Shown here piece after piece: positions 45,735 through 62,067 of a stretch of DNA of 64,000 nt. Source of the stretch: Magallana gigas (Eukaryota); the NCBI RefSeq assembly GCF_963853765.1, contig NC_088858.1:35898001-35962000 (forward strand). Direction: 5' to 3'. The first letter of the stretch is position 1. The number at the start of each line of letters is the position of its first letter. The notes under the pieces were generated by a model that saw only the letters and a program-made list of their open reading frames with translations, made no database searches and was not told the DNA's origin. Made by a program: the position numbers and the translations under genes.

Positions 45735-48700
45735 CTACATGTTAACGATCTGGAATAATGAGACTGAGCCGGAATACTGTCCTATCACATATATCAGGGT
45801 CTTGTTTAAAGCGTTGTCATCTCGGCCAATAAATCTGTAGAATAAAAAACAAAAAGATGTTAAATTATTTTTTTGCATTTAAAAATCAGAGAGGAAAAAT
45901 TCATGTTTATTCATTGAAAATTTTCCATACATGTATTAAAATCAACATGTACTAGACTCTTCAAGATGTGATACAAAATATTTCCACCAATAAAAACATA
46001 GTCAAGGGTAAAAATTATCTTCTCTTGTGTTTACTGTTCCCATACCCAAAAAGTTTAATTGAGTGCATATATTTCTATCTTTGCATTTATCCATGTATTA
46101 ATTTCAAATTTAAAAAAAAGATCTTGGTATTAATAAAAGTAAATCCATTCCTCTATGTTATACACACAAAGCGCATCAAAGAGGAGGTTTACATGTATTA
46201 GTTTTGTATGTCATTGAGGAGCCAATTCACAAAATCTTATTTTAGTTCGACTGAGATCTTGATTGATAATCATAACCAAAACTCCAGGTATGTTTGACGA
46301 AAGCATCTGAGGAGTTTGGAATTAGCTAAATACTTACCCGACTGCAGATAACCCAGCATCTCCAGCCGTTCCCATATCATAGAGCTCGCTCCACACATAG
46401 TCTGTATCACCGGTACGGTAGGCAGTCTCAAATTGAGGCTTGGGGGTGCCCGAGGTAGTATTTACAGAGTACAAGAAGATAGTACCAGTTGTTTCACTGC
46501 CCACAACTATGTATTGTGCACCATTGTCATTGATATAATCCAAGGAACCAATTTTCGGACCCTGTAGAGGCAAGCATATTAATGTTATTCAAGATTTTGT
46601 TTTCAATTCTTTTCTGCGCGTTGGTGTAACCATGGCATTTTATGAGACCTCGTAAATTAGCTAGTTACATTAAAACTACGTGTAAATCTTTTATTTACAT
46701 GCATTTTACGTACTGAATAAAACATAAGAAGGCAGGATGATCAAATCGCTTATATCTGATCTAACTAAAAACTTAAACATTATATTTTGGATTATAAACT
46801 ACGACAAAGTAAAAAAAAATTGAATATTTTTGATTTTCAGCTTTACAAAGAAGATGTAAATTGGTCTAAAACGGCAACGGACATTCATCCCTTGTTATCA
46901 ACCATGTGTTTTGCTGGAGTACTCACGTAATCGTCAGACTGTGTGTCCCTCAGGTTCTCTGGTCCCTGATATGTAATGGTGTTACGAATACAGTCTGTGT
47001 TAAACACAGCTTTCATAGAGTTGGCCAATTCTTTCTCGATTTCGTCCCCAGAATCAAAAACCAGCGACATGTCTGAAGTTTTCCAAATGGAAAACCCTCT
47101 CCCACCGAAATGAGTGGCTTCGTCCATTTTACCCGTAAATAAATTCAAACCGTCAATGGTGCTTAACATCAATCTACCTGAATTTTGAAAAAAATAAGTG
47201 TGTTCGCTTAAAATCCTCGATCGACGCCATTATAGTGAAAATGATTGTATATTTATACTGTCTTCTTATTTTTAGCAATACAAACTGCAATTTTCCTGAC
47301 CAAAAACATGTGGAATTACAATTTACTACTAAAATGAACAAAGATAGTTTATAAACATATGTTAGTCATATTTTTGTGGAAAAGGCTATTAAGAGGCCTG
47401 ATTAAAACAAAATTACATTATTGTCATAATGTTCAATAACTTGTTTGCAACATGTTCCTAAAGAGAGAATCTTTCTCGTCAAAAAAAGAGAGAGAGAAAA
47501 CTGATCGATTCATTTTAATTTTATTTATCACGAAGGTTTTGAGTAACATGCAGAAGTATCACAGAAGAATGTTTATCTGAAGTAAAATTAAATTCTAAGA
47601 AATACCTTCTATTTCTTTAAAGTATGTTTAATTTATAAGCGCGCATCTACTCACCGGCTTTATTGTCCATCTTGAGATCCTCTACAAACGTGTCATTGTT
47701 TATGACCACAGTATCAAACTTGTTCTCTACAATGAGAAAACGTGATAAAAAGAAAAAAAAATCCCTTTATGATCCACAAGTTCCGAAAAAAAAATTTCTT
47801 CTCCAAATTCCAAGATTTCTTTTTACGTCAGTCTATTATAATAAAGGTATCTACAGAACTCGGAAACATGTTACACCTCCTACCCATATTCTCAATTTGA
47901 TTTAAAAAAAGAAAAGAATTCAAGGCAAGTTTGAGAAAACAAAATGTATTCAGAACTGAGTATTACCGGTTATATTGCGTAATACACGCAATTTTTGGCA
48001 TTGTTTGCAATTAACATTACTAAAGTAACCAAAACAAACTGCATGTACAGTACTTCTATATAAAGCAAGCTAGGCCAGTGCTCACAAGCGATACCCCCAC
48101 TCTTACATGTGAATATACAAAAAAGCAAAGTCGACATTCAAAAAGGAATCCCATCATATGGCATATTTAAACAAAGATTGGGTAAAAATTTGAAGCATCT
48201 GCGATTGATAATTGTTGAAAAATGTTTGACGAATTTTTTTTTTAAAAAATTAGGTTAAAATTAAACGAAGTCGTCATTTAACAGAAAGTTGAAGTCTGTT
48301 TGTTAAAAACACTTATCCCACTATATGACATACCTACACAAAGAGTGTCTAAAAATTTCAAGCATTTGCGATTCATAGTTGCTGAAAAATCTTTGACGAA
48401 AATTTTTAACGGACAGACACACAAGGGTAAAACAATATACTATAGTACCCCCCCCCCTTCTGAAACCACTGTTAGCACACATACATGTACAAAATATTAC
48501 ACATTTCATCAGCCAAAAATTGCTTCAAGTTAGCTTGTAGAGTTTCACGCTATCGTATGATCCGACTATTTCTATGTTTATTTTGACCACGTGATTCAAA
48601 ATCTATTCGAACACGTTATAGAAAACGCTGCATTCAGTTATACCAGTAACTATACATTGAGCTTAACTAATATTATAATAATTGTCATGTTATGGGTTAA

Positions 48701-48992
48701 AATTTCATTGCAGGAACAAGCGTCTGAAATGAGAAATCAAATGAAAGATATTATTTTTACGTCTTGCTAATATGTCTGCCAGGCTGTGGTCCGACCAGAC
48801 GAAGCCGTCGTGGGCGGAAGTGAAGCTTGTTGTCAAGCCCTCGTCCGCCGTAACCAGGAAGTTGTTTCGTCCAATGGTGATCACTTTGGCGTTGTCCGGC
48901 TGTCGTATGCTTTTGAGTGGAAACTGTCGAAGATGAACACCTGCCAAATAAGTAAATAATGTTTTTAATGTATTTGATATTGTCATTTCTTT

Positions 48993-49061
<69 letters not shown>

Positions 49062-51621
49062 CCATCCCTGTCACTGGGGTCTATGGTGTAGCTACTCCAG
49101 TCTTTTTTCGGGATAGGTGTTACACCTGTGATTTCGTATGTACTTAGGGATATTCTTGCCACGGCGTTATTTTTCTGGAAAATAAAGAAGGAACACAATG
49201 TGTAAGATGATCACGAGCCGATGCCACTTTTAGACCGTAATTAAGACCCTATGATACCAAAGTTGAGTTAAATTAAGCACTGAAAAACTCAATGAACTCA
49301 GGTTCATTGTTATTTTCTAATTAGTCTTGTCTATGAGATATCCTTCATGCTGTTAAGTGTCCTGGCAATACTCTCTTCATTTTTAGGGTTTGTTATATAC
49401 AAGTACAGTATATATAAATTATGTTATTCCACTGGCACGTAGAAAGGGGGTAGCCTTTTTTACTTTTGGTGTTAAACAAATATATATTATAATAGGAGGC
49501 AAATCTCGCCTCCCTCTCTTTAAATCATTGATATGGCGTTGGACCCCCTCCCCCATTTTGTTTGTCGGGATGTTGATGAAGGTCTAGCCCTCCCCCTACA
49601 ATCGCCTTTAAAAGCGATAGTACATGCCTGTTTGAATTCATATTTACAATATTATAAAGATAAGAAAATTATTCTTAGGACACTTACAGTCAGTTTTAGT
49701 ATAATGCTCTCTTTTTCAGAAATCAGATAAGGGCAACCAGAATGTATTGTGTTCACATAATATCAAGTACAAGTGCACTTTTGAAGGCAGTTCGCTCCAC
49801 TTATCGTTTGTCTTTTCATTTAAATTTTAAACATACTTTAATTTAAAAAAAAAGTTGTGTTGATAACTCTATATGTAAATATTAAGAAAGGTGCCTTGTC
49901 TTGTTGTAGATGTGGGGTATAAATTAAAGCATGCCCTTCAAAAGACGAGAATTTTGAAGATGTTCATTATCCTGTAAAGATTTGACATTGATATCATTTA
50001 TATACAAAGTTAGTGATCGATAATTTTACCCGTAAAAAGGGCGTGTTTATAGGTATTTTTTTCTGCTGGTAAAGCTTGGGTACAAAACAGTGTGTTTATT
50101 ACTAGTAATTATACGGCTCGTAAATGTGAGACGTCATGAGTTTTACCTGTAGGATAATGTAGGCGTATTTGTTGTCAGGGGTCACCGTGATATACTCGGG
50201 GGTAGCATCCTCCTCAAATGTTGGAGTGACTTTAATAGGCCACAAGTTTTGTGGAATGTATCGTATCGGGAACCTCAAATCAAACCTGAAATTGAGGTGA
50301 CGTTTCCAATTTCAGATTTTTTTCAAAACTTGTTTATTAATACTGTATGGGAGATTTTATAATTTCAAAATGATATGATATTAATTAACTAAATATACCA
50401 CTGCAAATAGTCAAATCGGCAAAATATTTCAATAAATATAAGTCAAAATGAACAACCCACGAAAACAAACATTCACCATAAGTTTCTATATTCTGGTACC
50501 TTTGATCTTGGCCAGTGAAGGACACGGTTCGCTCGGAGGGTGGGCCCCCGTTTCTGTCTCTCTCTATAATGGTGATGGATCCCACCGGGTCGGTGAATAC
50601 ATTGTTGATATCCTTTCCTGGTCTCCCCTCGTTGGCGACAAGGAGTTTTTTGCAGTCGCTGGTGAAGGTCAACATATCAGGAAAGTATCCGGCTGAATTG
50701 TAATATCCCTCAATTTATTTGAATAAACCATCAATAATACATTTTTACATATTTTTGATTTTCCATACGCGGATCTCGGGTGTTGAGGTTTTCGGGGTCA
50801 TAAAACCCCTGAAAAAAAGTCATGCTTTAATTTTAAATTCACAGAGTAAAATTGCCAAATATAAAGCTTAGAACACCCCCCCCCCCCACACACACACACA
50901 CGGACAAACAAAATGTCCCTCGGACTCACCCCTCACCCACGGAAAAAGCTCTGAATCCACGCATGGGGCCAATGTCCTTTATTTATGAATTTGTTTTCCT
51001 TACCTGGAAGTTTTCCATCGGGCGTTAATCCTGGGCTTCCGCCTGTAAAAGCATTAAAGAAATAGACATGTCCTTCATAGACATCTTTGATTCCTGACGT
51101 CACAGCGACGGCTACCTCATCACCACAAATTGCTACGTCACGGGGAGTTCCGTCACTGGATGTAAACTGATGAGTTGTAGCTAACGTTGGATTCTTTGGG
51201 TCAGATAAATCCATGACATGGAGTAAACGAGATTCTTCCCCTGTGGTCAGTTAAAAGACTCACGTAAGATTATTATAAAGATGCTTAGTATAGCTTTTTT
51301 TATTCGACGTTCAATCCTTTCCCTGCAAAGCTTTTACTGGTAAGTACATGAATATGTAAGAGAACATACATTGTATAATTTATCTGATATCATGTAACTT
51401 GATTGTTTACAACGTAATTAAATACCCTATCCCCACTTGCCTACAACATATAACATCCGTCGTTGCTTGTGATAAGCGGCCTCCTCCGCCGCTCCCCCAA
51501 ACATCTGATACTGCACGGAGGGAGTGATTTTGCTGGGGAGTTTCATGTGGGACAGTTTCTCCAGGTAAACAAACGACAATGCCCCGTGGACGAGGACGGA
51601 AAGGAGAATCAACGACTTCAT
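45735..51621 (-). CDS. MSP130 / mesenchyme-specific cell surface glycoprotein-like (choice-of-anchor I beta-propeller), 563 aa, secreted
   Basis: Ten exons: 51441-51621, 51004-51240, 50500-50692, 50147-50285, 49060-49174, 48761-48940, 47655-47726, 46927-47177, 46338-46561, 45735-45834. Signal peptide; PDMLTFT..LLVANEG, PEYITV, FGGRGFSIW and DSGDEIE. Confidence 0.88.
48130..48470. mobile_element. Helentron-derived repeat fragment in intron
   Basis: Two ~170-bp related units (aaaatttgaagcat.tgcgatt.ata.ttg.tgaaaaat.tttgacgaa) and an acggacagacacac microsatellite-like end. Confidence 0.4.
48996..49059. repeat. Compound (CT)n(CA)n microsatellite forming a splice donor on the minus strand
   Basis: Directly visible. 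The exon ends at 49060 followed by gtgtgt... Confidence 0.95.
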
Positions 51622-52899
51622 TCTCTATAATTGTTGAAAAAAAGCAACTACGGTTGTGCATATACTATAAATGGTACACAAAACTGGGATTACAATTACT
51701 GTGTGTTTAAATTAATTAATCAATTGGGAAAATATAGATTTATAAAATCTACTGTTTTACTTACCGTAGATTGGATTAGTTCGATAAATGAGGCACATGA
51801 AAGCCTATACATGAGTGTAGATTCGTATGCACTGAATAACCCGCGGCTCTGATGTAACTGAACTCTCGAAAGGGCCTTCAGTACTTTCAAGCCTTTGAAC
51901 GATATGGATTGATTTGGAAGAAAAAAATCCGTCAATGTTTAATAAAAGTATTCAAATATAAGTTGATATTAGTGTATCATATTCACGTTATATATTCATT
52001 TATATTGATTAATAAAGTGCAATATTTAGCAAAAATAGATTAAATAGGCTTAAAAAAAAATAAAAATCGTTTAAAAGTATTTTATGGGGAAACGCCCACG
52101 TTTATAGCTAATCAAATTTTAAAATCTACAACAAACTGGCCCAGGAATATTGAAAATCGTCAATAAAAAAAGGTCTTACCAAAAGGTGAGTCCCTTTAAC
52201 CTGTGAGAAAGATAAGGAGAGATAGCATTTAAAGACATGCTATATAAGACCGTCAGATAACAGTGCCGGGTTAAAGGTTGATATTCGGATTCTCGATAAT
52301 TAAAATTCTGTATTTGACAATTAAAAGTGCTGAATGATTGTGGCCATTTTTAGGCTACGTTTACCCCCTTTAGACGAGAAGCTCTGTATACAGATATAGA
52401 AAGTATTCAGATTTTAAAGCTAAAATATTTGGATTTTTTTTTTTACTAAATTATATAATTTATGGCCAAAAATATCATGTCTAAAAGTTTAAGGCAGACC
52501 TGTTGGTTAATTGCTGACCACCCATCCTTCTTAATTAAATCTTAAGTACAACATTCGAGGATAAAAAATAATGAACAGTAACTTTAAGAAAATATGTTGC
52601 TTCGAGAAAAAGAGGGGGCAGCCCCCCCCCCCCTTGATGCTACGTGCCTGATCACATAATTCAAGAAACTTTGTACATATGTATGAATTATAGTTCTAGT
52701 GCATGCTTACAGGCAGTCCTTTTTCCTATATATGTTTGTTTATTTGAACCTTAAATTCTGGCATTTTGAATAAACTGGTACATGTACTATGTAACCATGC
52801 ACTGAAACTTTAATTTAACCGATTTTTTTTCCACCGAACTTTATAGAGACAAATACAGATGTGCAAAGTTGCAGCTATTTTTTTCGGCGAGATGGAGAG

Positions 52900-53640
52900 T
52901 GGGGTATGTGATCTCACTTTCTCTTTTATTAATTTCTGTAATGAACTTTAAAATAACCCCACCACACATTCAGGATTGACCCTCTCTGACCCCAAAGTGT
53001 CATGATTTGAACAAAACTGAACCAACGATATATCAGGAAGTTTATGTTTAAGTTTTGAGTTTACAAGCTATTCTGTTTTAAAGAAGACTTTTAAAAAGCC
53101 CGTCATATTTTCTTAAATATCTCTCCTTTTGAATATCCAAGAGCAATTCTGCTGTCCAGCCTAAACTATATTAGCATTTATTATTATTATTACTCTCCAC
53201 GTATTGAACACCAATGAAACATTGTATTAAATTTTTATATGATGACCAATTTTTTTCTACCACTTTTTGTATTATTACTATTTTTTTTCTCTTACTTACT
53301 TATGCTTACTAACACATGTAATACTATGTTGTATTATAATTTATATATAGTTTATTAGACCCTTGACATCACAATTTAATGCAAATATGTTATTGTACCT
53401 CATGTACCATTGTATGATAATGGTTTGAGAGAATAAATTGAATTAAATTGAATTGAAAAAAATTGAATTGAAGAGGGCATATCTAAGAACCGCTTATCCT
53501 AAGGTGCTTTGTGCCAAATTTTGTAGAAATTGGCCAAGTGGCGTTATTGAAGACAAATCGAATGTGTAAAGTTTAGACCACGGATTACGACATTGACATG
53601 CTTCAAAAAGTTTGATCACTTATGCTTATTGCTCCGGTAA
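52900..53640. mobile_element. Degenerate HINE-like element interrupted by a LINE 3' end (~53140-53470)
   Basis: HINE-like core (gatttgaacaaaactgaa, gtgctttgtgccaaattttgtagaaattggcc) is split by an AT-rich segment ending in aataaa and an (aattg)n tail. Confidence 0.45.
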
Positions 53641-54479
53641 ACAGGCAAGATTAAAACCGCCAAGAATTGCATTGGGCTATTAAAAATATTTTTTTTTTTA
53701 ATGGTATCAATGAAAAAAAAAATACGATTTAATATTGCCTGAACACGCATGCAATGAAATCAAAGGGGAGTCACATTATAAAGTTTATGACTGAATATTT
53801 ACATTTATCCACTCGACTTTATAAAAACAAAACAAATATCAAATGATAGCAGATTTGAAGAGTTTTTATTCAATCATGAATGACAAAGATCATGTAGATA
53901 TATGCATTACAAAATGTAGAACAGCACTAATGTTTATGACAGTTTTTAATGATGAAACTCTGAAAGAATTCTTAGCATTCCAGCCTTTTGTCTTAACACA
54001 AACCTGAAAATAAAAGAGAGTGCACAATGAAAACTTATTAATAGATAACTGACCATATTTAATGATTTTACATTTTAAACATTTTTTAGAAAATTACTCA
54101 AACCTTTCAATTTATGTTTGATAAATATACATATGTGTAAGTACATTTTCTCCATATGCATAAATGCACTTTCTAGTTACAAATTTCGTTATTTTTGTTG
54201 GCAGTATAAATTACCGGTAACTAAATTAAATCCATGATGAATTTTTAACCCAAGTATTAATAAATACAAAGATGATATGATGAAATTAAATGCCAACAAA
54301 ATTTTATTTGGTTTAAAAACAACAAAACTTTGACCCAACAAAAATATGTGCTTCAACAGTTTATGAATATTGAATATACATATACAGTGCAAAATACTTT
54401 GAATTACAAATTCTTCTATAATTATCTTACATGTTTATACCATTAATGAATATACTTACAAGTTATTACAACAAAGAGT

Positions 54480-57737
<3,258 letters not shown>

Positions 57738-58822
57738 GTTGAAAGCCGACTGAAGAGTTACAGATTGGAGGTAAATTTCGTCTACACTATAAAGCTAATA
57801 GACGTAAAAAGGGTAATTCGAATTCAAAACGAAAGTTACATGATATTCAAGTAGTTTTCATGCCTAAAAATGCCACACAGCTGTTCAAATATCAATTCTA
57901 AATCAGTGCTTTTTCATACAAACATATGAATATTCTCATAACGTACTTTATTAATCTCGTTAATTTTAAACAAAATATGATAAGTAAAGCACCTGTTCAA
58001 CGATCCCGATGTTATAAAAGCTGGATAGAGAGAAGAGAGTGGAGAATCACTCCAGATGACAGGATCAGAAGGTAGGTTTAACGAAGATAAAAATGAATTA
58101 TGAAATTATAGACTTTCATTTTGAATTTAAATTAAATGTGCAAATTTGAATAATTTTAAAAGTTATTTAACTTCCCAGCATCTTAGTTTAAAGTTAAAAA
58201 AAAAATTGCAGTTGCAGGATCTTTCAATTTCTTAGCTTTAAAAGAACAAAGAAAATACCTTATGTATCCTGATATACAAATGCAAGTTTTTTTTGGAAAT
58301 AATGACACCAACTGTGAAACTTGACATGCAATTAAAAAAATAGAATAATTGAAAAATCTATTTTTCCATTTTTTTTTTTTGGAAAGGAGGGGGGGGGGGA
58401 GGTGGTGGTGATGATGATGTTCACACTGTCCGAGTTTTTTAAGTGAATCGTAAGTTATATATATACATGTATATATTATGATATTATTTCACCTACCTAA
58501 CAATTTAGTGATCCGACTGTCAATTGTATTATAGGCCTCAGTTAATTTAGTTTCTGTGGTAGCATATTGGTACACCTAAGGCTCTGAATGAGATTTTTTT
58601 TACCACCTGCTGGCTAGAGAATAATACATTGTGTACTTATGTATATGGGTATTATATAAATGCATTAAAGTTTGGTTTTTTTTTAAGACAAATAAATGCA
58701 CATAAATTCCTATACAGCTGTTGAAATTTCATTTACTCTGTTTCCTTTAAAAAAAATATTGAAATGCATAAATGCATGCATTTTATTTCTGGTCTAAAAA
58801 TTTAATACTTTTTTCCAAAGGG

Positions 58823-59869
58823 ATGGGACAATTGAAGAAATTCATCCTGACAGTTACCAAACCAGACACATTAAAAACACTTTGTCATGCAAGCATTAGC
58901 TTAATATTTCTCCATTTTCTGATCAAGTTTGAGCAAATACGACAAAATGGAGCATTCCACTATATTGACATCCCAATTGAGACTGATTTTGTTCCTTTGG
59001 GAATTCAAGAGCCCCAGTTATTTCCCTCAGTTGGGGAAAGCAGAATTCCCCACATCATACACCAAACATGGAAGAGCGAGGAGATTCCAAGCAAATTTTC
59101 AAAATGGATTCAAACATGGGTCAAGAATCACCCTGGCTGGACTTACTATTTGTGGACAGACGAAAGTGCTAGACAGCTTATTAAAGACAGACATCCATAC
59201 CTGTTGAAAGTTTTTGATGGATATTCGGAAGGAATACGGAGAGCTGATGCCTTGCGTTACGTTGTCCTGTATGAGTTTGGTGGGGTTTATGCCGATATGG
59301 ATCTAGAGAGCTTGAAATCACTCACACCTTTCACAAAGAAATATGCTTGCTTCTTACCACAGGAACCATATGAGCATCCTATCTTGGACGGAAACTTTGA
59401 ACATCTAGTGATAAATGCATTAATGGGCTGTAGACCAAAACATCCATTTATGAAGAGATTAATCGACAGACTGCCTGCCTTCCAACACATGTGGAGTGTC
59501 CTTGATAGCACAGGGCCCCATTTTGTCACCTCAGTGTATGGAGATTTCAAGGGAGATTACTCTTACCCAGAAATGCATGAAAATGGGATATATTTGGCTC
59601 CATCAGAGTACTTTTTCCCAACTATTGATCCAGCAAAGTTTTTCCATTTCCATTACCAGTGCAGGAGGTGGATACAACTTAGTTCTATTCAAAAGAGAGC
59701 TTGTAAAACATTAAAAGTTCTAGGAGTAAAAAGAAAACCACTCTCATTTTCTTACACTGATCACCATTGGGAGCATACTTATATTGATCTCAGAATTTCT
59801 CTCAGAGGACCTATCAGTATTCATAAACTTGTGCCACGTGTTAACATATATTCCTATACTAGTGTGTAA
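58823..59869 (+). CDS. GT32-family (DXD) glycosyltransferase, 348 aa, type II membrane topology
   Basis: Single coding exon after the acceptor ttttccaaag|GGATG, with a 5' UTR exon donor near 58070. Motifs IPHIIHQTWKS, LWTDE, RADALRYVVLYEFGGVYADMD and STGPHFVT. Confidence 0.88.
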   Translation: MGQLKKFILTVTKPDTLKTLCHASISLIFLHFLIKFEQIRQNGAFHYIDIPIETDFVPLGIQEPQLFPSVGESRIPHIIHQTWKSEEIPSKFSKWIQTWVKNHPGWTYYLWTDESARQLIKDRHPYLLKVFDGYSEGIRRADALRYVVLYEFGGVYADMDLESLKSLTPFTKKYACFLPQEPYEHPILDGNFEHLVINALMGCRPKHPFMKRLIDRLPAFQHMWSVLDSTGPHFVTSVYGDFKGDYSYPEMHENGIYLAPSEYFFPTIDPAKFFHFHYQCRRWIQLSSIQKRACKTLKVLGVKRKPLSFSYTDHHWEHTYIDLRISLRGPISIHKLVPRVNIYSYTSV

Positions 59870-62067
59870 AACCCTTAACTGAAACCAAAACAAAGAAATC
59901 TGTTTGAAAAAGACTCATTTCATTTTGTGAACTTGCGGTAGCTAGGCTACAGATGGAAATCATGTTTCTTCAAACAAAATGAAGCGTTTTTATGGTCATT
60001 AATCAATGTACTGGTAATCATTATTTTGATATTATTGATAGGTTCAGTCAGATCTAGTTATTTTTGGGATTTTATGGTAATTCTCATGTTGACCAATTTA
60101 TCTAGCTTGATTAAAATTTGTTGTATTTCTCGTAATACATTTACCGGTATCTGGCAGTATCTTCTTCCTTACCATTAATTTTGATTGTTCATTGTAACCA
60201 ATATTGTAAATAAAACAAAATGTATAAAACAATCTTTAAAATTTTTTATTTCATTATATGGTGTCACCGTAAAAATGCAAACCAAAGAATATTTTCCTCT
60301 TCCAACTGTCAAATGGTAATGAAAAGAGCAAAGATAACAATGAGGAATTTACACAAGCAAGAAACTGAACAAAAACGTAGTCAGAAAAGACGAAAAATAT
60401 TGCACTTGACCCCAAAAAGAGGTTAGATAAAGTTTCATCCAAATTTCATTAAGAATAACAAACATTTTGGATTCTGACATAAAAAAAAAATTAATAAAGT
60501 ATTGGTGGTGTAAGCATTTATGAAATTTAATTTGGAACATAGACTGCTCATCTGAATTTTGTGTCTTAGAAATGTTAAGAACCTTAAGATGCTACAATCC
60601 TTTAAAACACAAAATTTGAAGAAGGTCCATATCATGCCAGGCAGATACCATACAAATTTGCACACAAGCAATGCCTTAGTCTAAATTTGTATCATCACAT
60701 TCTGTGGCCTCATTATTTTTTATTCATTGAGCATGAATTTCGTTGTTGAGCTGATCCAAAAAAATCTAATGTTTATCGATGTCAGAAACAGTACAAAATT
60801 GTGTATTTGCAGAGTGATAATCCATAACTATGTAACCTATATATGAATTTTTTAAAAAAATATTTCGTTCAAAATTGATGCTCTCTAATATTAATGAAAC
60901 CACAGTATTTGATTTGGTATAACCTCAGTAAGGTGAAAGGTTCTCCAATAGAGAGTAATTACCATTATCATTATTCTATTTCAGCTAATCCTTACAATTC
61001 TTATTAGTTAAAATGAAACTGAATTTTGGATTATGATTACCTTAGTAGTTTCTCATATTTGTTTGCTGACACCAGTCAGAAATAAAACAAATTTTGCTTT
61101 TGATCCAGTAAAGCCATGAACAAATGAAGTAAAAACTGTGTTTAAAAAGGTTAACTTGTGGGAAAAACTCCTTTTAAATAAGTCATAAACAATAATAATC
61201 AAGCTTCAATTGTAGCAGAAATGACCAACTGCTACAGAAATATTCAAAAGCAATGTAAACATTCTGGATAGAAAAGTGTTTAAAGTATCATTAGGTTATA
61301 CAAAATTCTATTTTATTCCAATGATTGTCATACTGGCCATACCAAAACATTTACCCATCAAATCCATGAATAACTCTTATGAGTTAACTCATAAACACTA
61401 AAACTGTATTTTCTGTCAAATACCGGTATACGGTACGCACGATACCAAAAAAAAAAAACTATATGAAAAGGCTTTAGACTAGATAAAAAAAATTCTTTCA
61501 GAAAGAAAATCCATATTCTTTGGTAAAATAAAAGCATTAATCTTTCCACTCATCTTTCACTCTCATAATTTCTAAATTAAAATAAATTATCTTCACAATT
61601 ACATCAACTAAACTAACTCAATAATCAACTAATAACTTGAACAATCAACCATTCACTATACTGTAATGCCATTTTCACAGTGAGAATTCCATGACAAATA
61701 TTAACACAAACCAGCTCATACATGTACTGTAATAATGACTTTAACTAACAAGCAACAAGCAATTAACAATCTTTTATAATATATATCAAAAAAAAATAAT
61801 GATGTACCAACATGAAACACATTTGTAAAGTCTATTGCAAAAACCTCTGCTGAAGACAGTTATGTATAAAGACTTGGCCAGTCTTTGTGGGGGTGGAGAA
61901 GAGGGAAGTTGCCACAAAGTTGGGACTGAAAAAATGATCAATCTTGATTGCCAGCACTCCTGAGGTGGGTGATTTATACGGACAAGGTCACTCGGTGTGT
62001 CTTTGGGTTTTTTGCAGACACCTGCTACTCCTAGGGATCAGCAGCCTGCTCCCTCTTACTACATGCA

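Noticed and set aside
58772-59869. Intronless GT32 ORF as bacterial contamination
   Set aside because: It has a spliced 5' UTR, a type II TM anchor, and is contiguous with intron-rich PSMA4 and RASA1.
60220-60426. 68-aa basic ORF between GT32 and RASA1
   Set aside because: Lies in an AT-rich convergent 3' UTR/intergenic region with no splice or homology support.
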